DNA of 64,000 nt, taken from assembly GCA_964016885.1 (NCBI GenBank), contig OZ024741.1:125488001-125552000 (forward strand), given 5' to 3'. The notes under the pieces were generated by a model that ran no database searches, was not told the origin of the DNA, and was given only the letters and a program-made list of their open reading frames with translations. Below are positions 27,167 through 39,389 of the stretch, in pieces. The translations under genes and the position numbers were made by a program. How positions within the stretch are numbered: position 1 is the first letter of the stretch; each line of letters starts with the position of its first letter. Source of the DNA: Eledone cirrhosa (lineage: Eukaryota).

Positions 27167-27750
27167 GTATATATGTATATATATATATGTATGTATGTAT
27201 GTGTATATGGATGTGTATGTATGTATATGTGTGTACACATGGACTAGAGTATGTATGTATATATGTGTGTGTCTATACGTGTGTATATATAAAGATAAGT
27301 TGAGTATGAAAATGTATACACATGCGCGCGTATGTATGTACATGAATACATGTGTGTATATATATGTGTATGCATGTGTATATATATGTAAGTATGAATA
27401 TGTGAATTGTGAGTATATGTATTTTGTAGAGGTGTGCAAATATATTTGTGTGTGAATGCGTGGGTGAAAGAATACGTACACTTGAAAGAAAAATTTAAGT
27501 CTGAATGTTAAGTGCAAACACAAAACCAACCACGCATATCTTTACTATCTCTAATCCTTCTATAGATTTAGAAAAATAACCAATAATATATTCTATAAAA
27601 AATGTCAAAACAACAGATGGGAATCTAATTACTCACTGCCACCAAGAATTCTCACTGCTATCGAAAAACCACTCCTTCAACTATTCTTCTAACAACTTCA
27701 CCCCTTCCTCCTAATATTCTCTATAAAAACTAAATAGGTCCTCAGTAATA

Positions 27751-27867
27751 TTATTCTGATGAAATGACAGTAAATAATAACATTGAAATATTGAATGTCT
27801 GCATAACTAAAAGTTTGTAGATAGCTGTTTTAGGTTATGTAACTGTTATAGAAACACGTGTCAATAA
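27751..27867 (+). ncRNA. Type-I hammerhead ribozyme with a very long stem II insert
   Basis: ttatt-CTGATGA-a-atgacag...ctgttat-a-GAAA-C-ACGT-G-TC^aataa. Stem I is ttatt/aataa, loop III is palindromic ACGT, and GUC cleavage would follow 27862. Confidence 0.85.
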
Positions 27868-27901
27868 ATTCCTTTCAACTAAACTGTATCCATTCAAATC
27901 T

Positions 27902-27936
<35 letters not shown>

Positions 27937-30900
27937 TACTTGGGGAGGGTCATATTATTGTAATAATATTGCCAGAAATAATAACAGAACACACTCACTG
28001 TTTGGTTGGTTTTCGCTTCTGTATCTTTTATATCTCCATAGTTAATACATTTGGCCATCAATGTATATCATTGACTGACCAACGGTCAAAAATACAAATA
28101 TAAATACATATATATAGTCTAACAAAGTTCTTTAGTTGCACATCTGCAACATCATCAGTGGTACTATTACCATGTTTCCCCTGCTGTATTGTATGTATTG
28201 TAGTGTCTGGCTAAACTTCTATGGCTGGATGCCCTTCCTAACACCAACCATATTTACAGTGTGTGCTGGGTGTTTTTGTCATGACTCCAACACGCCCAGG
28301 AGTGACAAAAGAAGCACCCAGCAAACACTGTAAATATGGTTGGTGTTATTCGTCTCTAACGGGACAATTCATCTAACCCATACTAGTATGGAGAATGGAC
28401 ATTAAACGATGATGATGATATACACACACATTTGTATCAATCATTATCCTTTTACATCCACACATCCATGGATTGGATAAGTTGTTACAGTCTCAAACTA
28501 TACTCGACTTCCAGTTGAGTGAACTGGAGCAACATGACAGGGGTTAGGTTTTTTTGCTTGTTATAATGATAGCAGCACTAATCCAATCATGAAAAGAAAC
28601 ATGAAATGAGGCATCTTGCTTCAGAACACATGCCCACATGGTCCAGGAACGAACCCACGATCTCATCATCATGAGTTCAACACTCCTAATCATTAGGCCC
28701 CATATCTTCACTCCTCATTCATTTCCCCCAGGAGAAGGAATGAAAGAAAAAGAAATATCTGTAAACACTGCCCGCCATATAGTTCACATCCATACTATTT
28801 CTATTATGGTTTAGGCTCTTTATACCAAATAACTTCCCTATTGCTATAATTCATCGAGACCCCCATCCCACCCCTTCACAATGAAAGTCGAGATCACAGT
28901 AGGACTTGAACTCAGAATACAATGGACAGTAATTAAACTATCTCATAAGCCATATTGTCAACCACTATGCTCATACTGTTATCCATCGCACTCTTAATTT
29001 GAAAATAATAATTGCAAGATAGAATTTCTACTAGCCCAGCATGACCGCAGTTAAATGACAGAAACCAACAAAAGAACTAAAGACTATAACCTTTAGCACT
29101 GAAGCAAAGGGGAGTGAAAATAAGTAGTATGGGAATTATCTCCCTTGGATCAGTCACATCTATTAAAAAAAAAATTTCTGAAGTCTTTCAAAAGCCCGAA
29201 GGCTCATCAGGCCGGTGCTTATTCCGGTTTCCCTGACGATAAGCGACTAAAAGTATAAGATTCCCCCCTGGACAGGACGCCTGCCCATAGCAGGATTAAA
29301 CCCTAGTTATTGCTGGTACTCATTTTCAGCTGAGTATACAGGAGCAACGTGAAATGAAGTATTTTTGTTCAAGTATTTTTGTTCAACACATAACCTAGTC
29401 CAGGAACCGATCCCACGACATTATGATCGTAAGTCTAACACCCTCACCACTAGGTCACGTGCCTCCATATGCAGTCCGTTATCGATGATAGTGACTATTT
29501 TATAAGTGGTACAGCCAACCTTATATTAGTGGTGCCACAAAAAATGTACCCAGTACACCCTGTAGGGTGGTTGGTAATATGAAGGAAATCCAGCTATAGA
29601 AACTTGCCAAAATGACTTTTATTTGTGTCATAAATATAACCTCCCTGGTGCCAGCGCCGCAATCGAATGTGTCCGGTGCAGCCTGTTGAGTGTGGAGAAC
29701 GCATATAAGCTAGGTGCTCCTCTGAGATACCAGTGGCTCCCAGAGTTGTGGTTTGGTCTGTGAGGAACCGTCCGACGATTGCTAGCAGGGAAAATCGACA
29801 TTAAATGTTGTTGATGATGATGGTGATGATGATGATGATGATATGGTAAATGAATTCACGTTAGCGGAAATACAGTAATAAAAGAGTAGAGAGGGGAAAA
29901 GAGAGAACGTGAGAGATATGGGGTGAGGGGCAGTGTGTTTGGTACAGCTAAAACATGAGAACAACGCGAAAGAGAGAAATTTCACTCGGTCTCTTGACTT
30001 GCTAGAAATAACAACCAAATCAATTTCAAAACAAATACCCAGCTCTCTTTAAAAGTAAAGAATATACTGTAGAAAAGCAGACACAAAAGCCACGATTGGA
30101 ATAGCTTGGATCATTGAGGACCAAGCTAGGACTAAACAACAACAATACTGACATCACAGAAATGATATTGAATACAATATACGTACAAGTGATCATCTAG
30201 CATATTGTGTAAGTCGTTGGGCAAAGTTCTAAATAACTTCTATAAAAAATAAAACGGGAAGCGTAAAAATCCTTAGCTGATATGAAATACATAAAAATAT
30301 ATATACATGTAGTTGTATGTATATATGGATGTATGTCTGTAGGTAGGTATCCGTAACACCTGGTGATGGACATTTTAAACTTGGTGGAGCCCATCTCCGG
30401 GTCTGAACACAGCCGAGGGGGAAAAGTGAGGAAGTAATACAAAGGAAAGTTCTACCCCATATATAAAATAATACAACTGGCTATAGCAAAATACGTATAG
30501 TTAGCACCCCAAACGTATAATTGGGATTATACTAAGGTATATTCTAATGTTTGTTGAGTGAGGCGGAAGCCGGTCGGAGTATTGCTTAAAGCTTTCTCTG
30601 TTAATGTATTAAATATATATATATATATATACATATATACACATATATATGTGTGTGTGTGTGTGTACATGATAATGGCTGCCCCTGGTTATCGAATATG
30701 ACCATTGTACGATATACCATTATTAATAATTATTAATTAATTCTATCGTGCAATGCCTGTGTGTGAAGATATTTTTTTTAAGTGAGGAAAGACTGTACAC
30801 TGAGCCAATCCCACTCTCTGAGCGACAGTAGCTATAACACGAAAAGAAGAAAAGATCAACATCATCGGAAACTACTGAGCCGCAGATTTTATGTTGTAGT

Positions 30901-31299
30901 TATCCCAGTTTCCTGAGTTGCCTTCTCCTAGAAAAATGCCCTGACAAAGGCTAGGGGTCCTTCACTCCCAGTGGTTTAACCCCGCGATCGGGTGTCCAGC
31001 CGGACTACTTCTATGTCGCTGCGCATATACATACACATGCACCCATGTATATACACATATACATACATATGTACATGTGTATATACATACATACATACAT
31101 ATAAATATATATATTTGCATGCGCGTGTGCGTGTGTGTGTGTGTGTACATATGTCAGCCTATGTGTCTGTGTGTGTATATACATATCAGATGAAGGGCTA
31201 ACGTCTGGTGTATTGAAACATTCTTTCTCCTTTTCCAAAAAGCGTGAATCTAATATGACTTTGTGGAATTGTATTTGTGTTTAACGTTTTAACATTGGG

Positions 31300-31332
<33 letters not shown>

Positions 31333-31336
<4 letters not shown>

Positions 31337-31695
31337 ATATTAACAAATGGAAACTATATTTATAAAACCATATTTATTTCATTATACATATTTCAAGGAC
31401 ACCAAAGCAAATTATGGTGCGGTTTCATCAGATAAAATATAATATAGATCAGTTTTATAAACAAATATTGACATACCCTTAAAGAATGCGATCATGTCGG
31501 TTGGAAGCTCTATCCGGGAGCTTCCAACCGACATGGTCGCATTCTTTAAGGGTATGTCAATATTTGTTTATAAAACTGATCTATATTATATTTTATCTGA
31601 TGAAACCGCACCATAATTTGCTTTGGTGTCCTTGAAATATGTATAATGAAATAAATATGGTTTTATAAATATAGTTTCCATTTGTTAATATATTG
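31333..31695. mobile_element. Fold-back element in (TA)n: 178-bp arms, 7-nt spacer, a hammerhead in each arm
   Basis: Arms 31333-31510 and 31518-31695, with one mismatch seen. Confidence 0.85.
31589..31653 (+). ncRNA. Type-I hammerhead motif (mirror copy at 31375-31439 on -)
   Basis: tattttat-CTGATGA-aaccgcacca...tggtgtcctt-GAAA-T-ATGT-A-TA^atgaaata. Stem I is 8 bp, stem II is imperfect, and AATAAA follows. Confidence 0.65.
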
Positions 31696-31995
31696 TATAT
31701 ATATATATATATATATATATGCGCTGAGATGCTATAAAATAGCTCATAAAATAGGGTGAAGGTCCTAAATGAGAGAAAAAAGAGGTTGCCCTATATGTGC
31801 GCGTGTTTGTTTACGACGGGCTTCTCCGGTTTCTGTCTATCATACTTCACACACCAAGCACTGCTCAACCCGAGGAGCCATAATGGCCGAAGTGCCACAT
31901 TGAGGGACTGAGCCCGAAACTATATGGTTGCAAAGCCATACATCCATAATTGACGAACTGTCGAATGCCTTGCATTTGATAGCAGCCCGTCACAT

Positions 31996-32044
<49 letters not shown>

Positions 32045-32239
32045 ATATATATAGTATATGGCTGTGTGTGTGTGTAATGTATGCATATGTATGTGTGTAT
32101 GTATATTATGTATACATATTTATATGTGTGTGTGTGTGTGAATACATATATATATATATAGATGTGTGTGTGTGTGTGTGAATACATATATATATATATA
32201 GATGTGTGAATATATACGTGTATGTATGTGCAAATGTAT

Positions 32240-32276
<37 letters not shown>

Positions 32277-34619
32277 TGTATGTATGTATGTATGTTTGTA
32301 TACATATGTTTGTGTGTATATGCATAATGTGTGTGCGTGTGCCTGTGTGTTTTTTTTTCCTGTTTGTATCCACCAGGTAAGTTAACAATTTGACAAAAAG
32401 AGATCGATATAAGTACCAGACTAAATACAAATAAATAAATACTAGGGTAGATATAGCTGATTGAATCCCATTATGGCCGCAATGTAATGGCAGAAACCAG
32501 TAAAAGAATAAAGAATATGTGTGCACGTGCGTATATCTACACAATTCAACTTTGTACGTGATAACAGAGAAACATTTTTTTTTTTTTAAAACGTCTTCTA
32601 AAAATGTACAGTAAAATGCAGTATTGTATGGTCGCGTAGCTCCCGGGGGAGTTATAAGGGTGCCGCAGTGACATGCAGAATTTCTTGGCCATTTTAAATG
32701 TGGTAGAGCCCATCTCTCCAAGACTGAACACAACAGATTTCTTCCAGAGAAGGATAGAAAGTGAGAGAGAGGATTTGACAAAACGATATACAGGAAGAAT
32801 AGACCCCAGTATTAGACTGGTACTTCTTTTTAATGACCTCGAAAATGAAGTGGGGTTATGTAATATATAACCATGAACTGCAAATATTAAACTAGGAAGT
32901 GTTTTTAGGTTCGTCATAGAGGCGATAATACGATTAGCACATGCAATGTTGTTAAAAATCGCACGAGAACGAACAGAGAACTAAATATAGATATTTAAAG
33001 AGGATTACTGAGGTAATTACGAGGAGAGAAAGAGAGAATGGTGGAATACAGAGTGAGATATACATTTTGCGTGATTAAACCGATTGATGAGGATGTATTT
33101 ATCTAACAAGGGAGATAATCCAAATATGACAAAAATAAGGTAACTGCTTGAATTAACTCCCTTTGACTACATCTAAAATGACTGGTTCGTGAATTTTATG
33201 AAGGATATAATTTTTTTTTTTTTTATGTGAATGCACGCAGCTTAGTCGTTTGAGTGTTCACTCACGATTGTAAAGTCACAAATTCGATTCCTAACGGTGC
33301 CTTGTGTCTTCGAGCAAGATATTTTATTTCATGGTGCTTTTGTTCACTTCGCTGAGAAATATGAATTGTACATGTAATTCTATAAGCCTGCGTCCCGCTT
33401 GACTCTCCCTGAAGCATGAGGTGTTTCATGTGAACTTAACACACGACAAAATGCTTTGTAGCATTTACTTACTAGTTTGCCTTTTATCCTTCGGAGGTCG
33501 ATAACAAAAAATACCAGTCAAATACTCTGGACTCTATAATCGACTTCCCACCACGAAAATTGCTGGCCTTGTGTCTAAATCAGAAACCATTAGCTAACGA
33601 TAGCCCTAGTACTGCTAATCAGTAACAATAACTGCAATTACAAGAACAACAAACGCAACATCAACGTTGCTCAGCCTGCTAGTAATAGCAGTCAAATACC
33701 ATTCAAATCACAACACTGTATTAGAAAAGAACATACTACATAATTGTTTCTACTTTTGGCACCAGGCCAGAATTATCTCAGTGCATTACTGGTACTTTAT
33801 TTTATCGACCTCGTAAGGATGAAAGGCAAAGTTAACCTCGGCGGGATTTGAACTCAGATCATAAAGGGAGGTAATGCTACATAATATGGTCCTAAATGTA
33901 CCGTGAATAAAAAAAAAAAGGCGATTATAATCCCTTATGTTCCTGGTCTGCCTTATTAGTGCTTCCCGAGTCCTGAACAACAATCCCACAAGACCAAAAC
34001 CCCAATAATGAAATCCCCACTGGACAAACCTCTTCAGGACAAAAAGCCCACATAATAAAAACATATATATACAGAATAAATAATTTGGGTTTAATCTTTA
34101 TCAGATAAGTTACATTTCCTGATAGTTTCTGATTTAGAAACAAAATTAAAACAACACCAGTGCGTTACTGGTACTTTATTTTATCGACCCCGTAAGGATG
34201 AAAGGCAAAGTTACCATCGGCGGGATTCGAACTCAGAAAATTGTAATGTTCACTCACGGAAATACTGGGAGTTGTCTGATCTTAAAATGAAAGGTTACCG
34301 AACATATTTATGTATTTTATGACATTATTCTCCGAAACCGATTAAACCAAGTGCTTAGTGTCGTCATAGCTACAGTTCAATTTTTCTACTCTGGTTTTGT
34401 TATATCACACATTTCGTAATAATTGTTATTTTCAATGAAATTTTGCAGAGATAAAATGTAACGAATTCTTCACGTAGCCATATTGGTTTCTCTTTCCACG
34501 TAATTTTTCGGTAGTTTGGCTCCAGGGATTTTCGCCATTTGAGGAACAGGTCTTCCACCATGATTCCGGATGGAAAAGGCCATTGGAAGGCAAAGAGGTA
34601 AATGGACATTATCTGTGGT

Positions 34620-35870
34620 AAGGCTTGTCTGAAAGTGTGTACTTAACCCCTAAGGTGTGAGGTGCGGCCGATTATCGCACTTGGTGGTGAATTGCCACCT
34701 ACTTTTTTTCCTTCTTTTATCATTTTTGTTCAATGAATTTATAATAATGTGTTATTATACACGGTTCAGACATTATATTTGTAATGTCCTGAACAAATTG
34801 AGAGCAATTTATAACGTTATTACGCATTTGTTATGTTATTTATATATTTATTTAAAACATCATATTTGCAACGTTATTCTACTGTACAATTGTAATAAAA
34901 CAATTTAATCAAAACTACATGTACTTGAGAAGAAGTACAATAAGAATCACCCGATTATCTCGCATCAAACTCAATAATATTTGGTTTCTCAGGCGAAACA
35001 TTCCAATGTGTTCTTTATACTGTAGTAAACTTTTCTTTTTGGTTCGTTGAAATCGAATAATTCCATTACTAGAAATAAATATGCCTCAAATCAGCGCTCA
35101 CTTCTGGACTTAATTATTACTTCACCGCTCTAGCTCTCAAAACTAACCTTTCTTCCATCAGCTTAACTCCGGCTAAAATCCAAGTGTCCGCAATTTGGTC
35201 AGTGGGTCTACTTAGAGAGTCAATTGAAATTGGGATCTAAAACTTGGCATTTGTATTAGAAATTAAAATACTTCATCCAGAAGTGATGGGAAGAGACCAG
35301 ACAGTCTTACTCTTTGTCGTGAAAGATAGGTGTTTCATCTGAGACGTCACAGTCAGTGACTCTTTTGCCCCCTCCCACACCACGGTGAACGGAATAAAAT
35401 TCGAAAATACCAGGACTTATCAAACAATTATTTTTTCTTGCCTATGGTGTTCGGAGGAGTTGGACCGCTGACAGCGAAGTTCTTGTCATCACTGGCGGCT
35501 CGCCTTACTGAGTTGTCAGGTGATCCCCGTGAGGGTGCTTGGTTATTTCAGCGCCTTAGCCTCGCCATCACCTGTGGTAATGTTGCGAGCGTATTGGCTT
35601 GCCTGAAAGTGTGCAGTTAAACCCCAAGGTGTGAGGTGTTGCAGATTGTCACACTTGTGGTGAATTCCCCACACCGCCCTTTTTTTTTGTTTTACGAATT
35701 TATATTATATACACGAGTTAGACATATTTATCCTTCTGAACGAATTGCGAGCAATTTTTGGTGTTATGTTATTTATGTATATATATATCGGGTGGTGGCG
35801 AGGCTAATGTTATTTACGTATTTGTTATGTTATTTTATGTATATATTTAAAACAATTGCAACGTAAATTT
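34620..35870 (+). mobile_element. CRE-clade (RLE) retrotransposon 3' fragments with two related 3' UTRs
   Basis: ORF 35438-35620 GPLTAKFLSSLAARL..GDPREGAWLFQRLSLAITCGNVASV resembles a CRE endonuclease C-terminus. The 3' UTR is repeated at about 34622-34870 and 35596-35870. Confidence 0.7.
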
Positions 35871-36119
35871 ATACAAATACTTTAAGTAAATCAATAAAGT
35901 ACGACTTGCTTATACATGTTTCTGATTTATGTAATTAGATTTTTAATGTCTGTTCTCACTAACGATATCGTCGCCTATCTCTGATACATCTAGTTATTTT
36001 ATTCGCAGTTGTATAAATAACACATTACAAATATGTTTTAAATAGTAATAATAATAAATGTGAAGACTAAAATAAACATGTTTTAAATATACATGTATAT
36101 ATTCTATTTACTGATTTAT

Positions 36120-36620
36120 TTCTCCTTCTTGGGACGGTCATGGGAGAAGAGTCCTCAAACACGCCTTCCAGCTGGTCCTGCCAGAAGCAATTGTCTAGTA
36201 GTGCCATTGCTTGACCAAGCACGACCCAATTACTCCGCCGCGATAAAGTAGTGCCATTGCTTGCTACAATTTCCAATTGATCCGGCTGGATCCCTAAGCG
36301 AGACCAGCCAAACTCAGTTGCTATCCAACAATCTTGTTAGTTGTCTACCTGTCTGTCTCCTGCCGGTTGGTTTTGCTCATAAAATCTGTCCAGCGATTCT
36401 TTCTTGAGACATTCTAACCACGTATCAGTAGTATCGGAGCTACGATCTCTCAATTCGGAGAAGTAACGGCTCTACCTAGATTCTTTCTTGAGACATTCTA
36501 ACCACGTATCAGTAGTATCGGAGCTACGATCTCTCAATTCGGAGAAGTAACGGCTCTACCTAGATTCTTTCTTGAGACATTCTAACCACGTGTCAGTAGT
36601 ATCGGCGCTACGATATTTTA
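36120..36620 (-). mobile_element. RTE LINE 3' fragment with an 84-bp internal tandem triplication
   Basis: Reverse-complement similarity to 1160-1441. Repeat units start at 36395, 36479 and 36563. Confidence 0.75.
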
Positions 36621-37683
36621 ATTAGTGCGAAAAATCCGATACTGATTTATTTATTTACCTTTTTTACACGCCTGGAATCGATGAGAAGTCAAAATATTCC
36701 ACGAAGAGGTCGACTAACTAAAAGGTTTGGGGCTCCCCGCTTTAAGCTAACGGCTAACGTTTTCAAAGATGTAGATAATATTAATGAAATTTAAAACATT
36801 TTTCCAAGTTATAGCTGTAAAAATGACATGATATTCCAGTATAAAATCTATGTGGCGGTGAATTGAACATCGGACAGAATGCTTTGCGGTATTTGTTTCG
36901 GCCAACAGCTCTCTGAGTTCAAATCCCGCCGAGGTCAACTTTGCCTTTCATCCTTTTCTTGATCGATAGAAAAAAAGTACCTTCCATGCGTACCTAAAAT
37001 CTATGGCAGTCATTGGCAACCTGCGTCCCGCGAAGTTTTCTGAATGGCTCGCCTAAGTCATCTAAGTGAAATCTTTCTGATTTTTTTACCCCAACTTTTC
37101 AGTCGTAATCTATCTTTCTATCATTTTTACGTTCGAGGAAAACAACGTGTACGAATTCTGAAGAAACAAATCAAAACAACCTGAGTTACCACCCTATTTT
37201 TTAATGTGGGCACGAATGTAAATTAGCGCTTGCGGCCCACTAGATGATGAGCCATATCTCATGAGGCCGGATTCTCGACAAAGGTTGCTCATGCCTGATC
37301 TATGGCATATTATTCTGATTGATAAAATTGGAAGGTATGATGAACAAATTTCCTATTTTACGTTTAACCTACTACAAATACAGATCAGAAGGATTCAGTA
37401 AATTACAACGTTAATAACGGGAATATACAACTATGAAAATCTTTTTATTTAAAATCTCCCCCCTGCCCTCCCCAATTTCACCAACATATTCGTTATTTAC
37501 ACCTTCGAAAACGTATACCTGCAAAATTGTGTTTTTAAAATGTATTATCATTTAATATATTCGAATTCTTTAGTTAATTACATAAAAAGCCGATATCGTT
37601 TAAAAAATATCCAGTTGAAATAATTAAAGCTGAAACTTTAGTCAGTGCAGCATGCAGCACAGAAGCAATCTCTAAGAACTAAT

Positions 37684-37722
<39 letters not shown>

Positions 37723-38014
37723 ACTACATCGTACGATGAATATTCCAGTTGTTCGGGCATGGAAACAGCTTGCTCATGAAATTAACGTGCAAATGCCTGA
37801 CCATTTCACAGACATGGGTACCCTTAACGTAGTTGTCGGGGAGGTTCAGTGAGACACAGCGTGACAATTACAAACAGAACTTGTTTTTGCCAGCTGAGGG
37901 GACTGGAACAACAGGAAGTAAATTGTTTTGTTCAAGGACACAACACACCAAGGAATCGGACTCGCCTAAGTCGAATATTCTAACCCCCGCGTTTCACGTG
38001 TGAAATAAGACAAT

Positions 38015-38695
38015 GGCTAAACTGTAGAATCGCCACCATGTAGACTATGTGGAATGAAAGGAGAAAGTACCAGTCATATTGTAAGAGAATACAGTAAACT
38101 AGCACAAAAGGAGGCTTGATAACATAGCCAGTGTTGTTCACTGGAAGTTATGACAGAAACAGAAACTGAGCAGAACAGAAAAGTGGTATGAGCACCAGGC
38201 TGATCTAGTCGGAGAGAGTTCAAGATACCTTCCTGACCCAGTGGTAGTCAAAAGAAGTGAAGCTACTTTGGGACTTCAATATCCACTGTAATCACGAAAA
38301 TACACAAGAGAAGGCTTCATGCTGTTGTTATTGAAAATGGAAACATCGCTGTGTTGGATAACTAATGTAGCTTCACCAGGGGATAACAGAGTATGTGGGA
38401 ACGAAAAGGGAAAGACTGATTGCTACCAAAACCTGAAAAGGGGATGGGATGTACAAAATGTGTGGCATGAAGTCATAAAAGTAATTGTAGCAGGTAATTA
38501 GTAGAGGGTAACAGGTAAAATAAGAACATGGATTGCAAAATTTGAAACTGAGATCTTTATAGAATTTTTAAATGGCAATATTAGGAATAGCCTGGACTCC
38601 AAAGAAAGAAAATTTGAGAAACCCTCCATTATATGTTAGGGCTCCTCTCTCACTATAATTATTGACAGAAAACAAGCCTGTTGAAATAAAATAAT
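38015..38695 (+). pseudogene. Old degenerate Dong/R4-like endonuclease fragment
   Basis: Remnants CRLCGMKGESTSHIV, DNIASVVHWKL, EKWYEHQ and LLWDFNI with frameshifts, ending in aataataat. Confidence 0.6.
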
Positions 38696-39290
38696 AATTG
38701 TTTCTACTTTTGGCACAAGGCCAGCAATTATCCCAGTGTATTACTGGTACTTTATTTTATCGACCCCGTAAAGATGATAGGTAAAGTTAACCTTGGCGGG
38801 ATTTGAACTCGAGCCGTAATTCTATGCTGCAAAGCATGGCATCCGACCGTCTACCGATACTGCCAATCCACCAAACCAATAATAATTATTTCTACGTTTG
38901 GCACAAGGCCAGCAATTACCCAGTGCATTACTGGTACTTTATTTTATCGACCCTGTAAGGATAAAAGGCAAAGTTAACCTCGGCGGGATTTGAACTCAGA
39001 ATGGCAAGGGCCGTAACTCTATACGTCAAAGCATGGCGTCCGACCCTCTACCAATACTGCCAATCCACCGCCCTCCACCAAACCAATAATAATGGTTTCT
39101 GATTTTGGCACAAGGCCAACAATTTGGGGGAAGGGAAATGTTGATCAAATCAATCCCAATGTATTACTGCTGTTTTATTTTATCAACTCCATAAAGATGA
39201 AAGGCAAAGCTAACCTTGGCCAGATTTGAACTCAGAATGTAAAGAGAAGTAACTATATGCTACAGAGCAAGTTGTTTGACCCTCTAGTAT
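38696..39290 (-). mobile_element. Three tandem family-1 SINEs
   Basis: SINE body repeated three times. Confidence 0.85.
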
Positions 39291-39389
39291 TAAACTAATG
39301 GGGAAAAATCCTCGAAATAGTGACACCAACAATGTCATGTACTTGACTAGATTTAAGGGTTCTTCCAGCAGTTGCTGGTTGGTTGAACT

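Larger units (their letters stand above)
25093..27907. mobile_element. Penelope-like retroelement, 5'-truncated with an inverted terminal copy (fold-back), in (TA)n
   Basis: Arms 25203-26549 and 26561-27907 with an 11-nt spacer. Each arm carries a GIY-YIG C-terminal coding remnant and a hammerhead. (TA)n lies on both sides. Confidence 0.85.

Noticed and set aside
32350-32385. Plus-strand pyrimidine tract plus CAG|GTAAGT
   Set aside because: It lies in a decayed SINE remnant and on the opposite strand to the two sites in non-repetitive sequence, so it is probably chance.
37500-37540. Minus-strand ttttgCAG|GTATAC as a possible third ratchet site
   Set aside because: Weak donor and a short pyrimidine tract.
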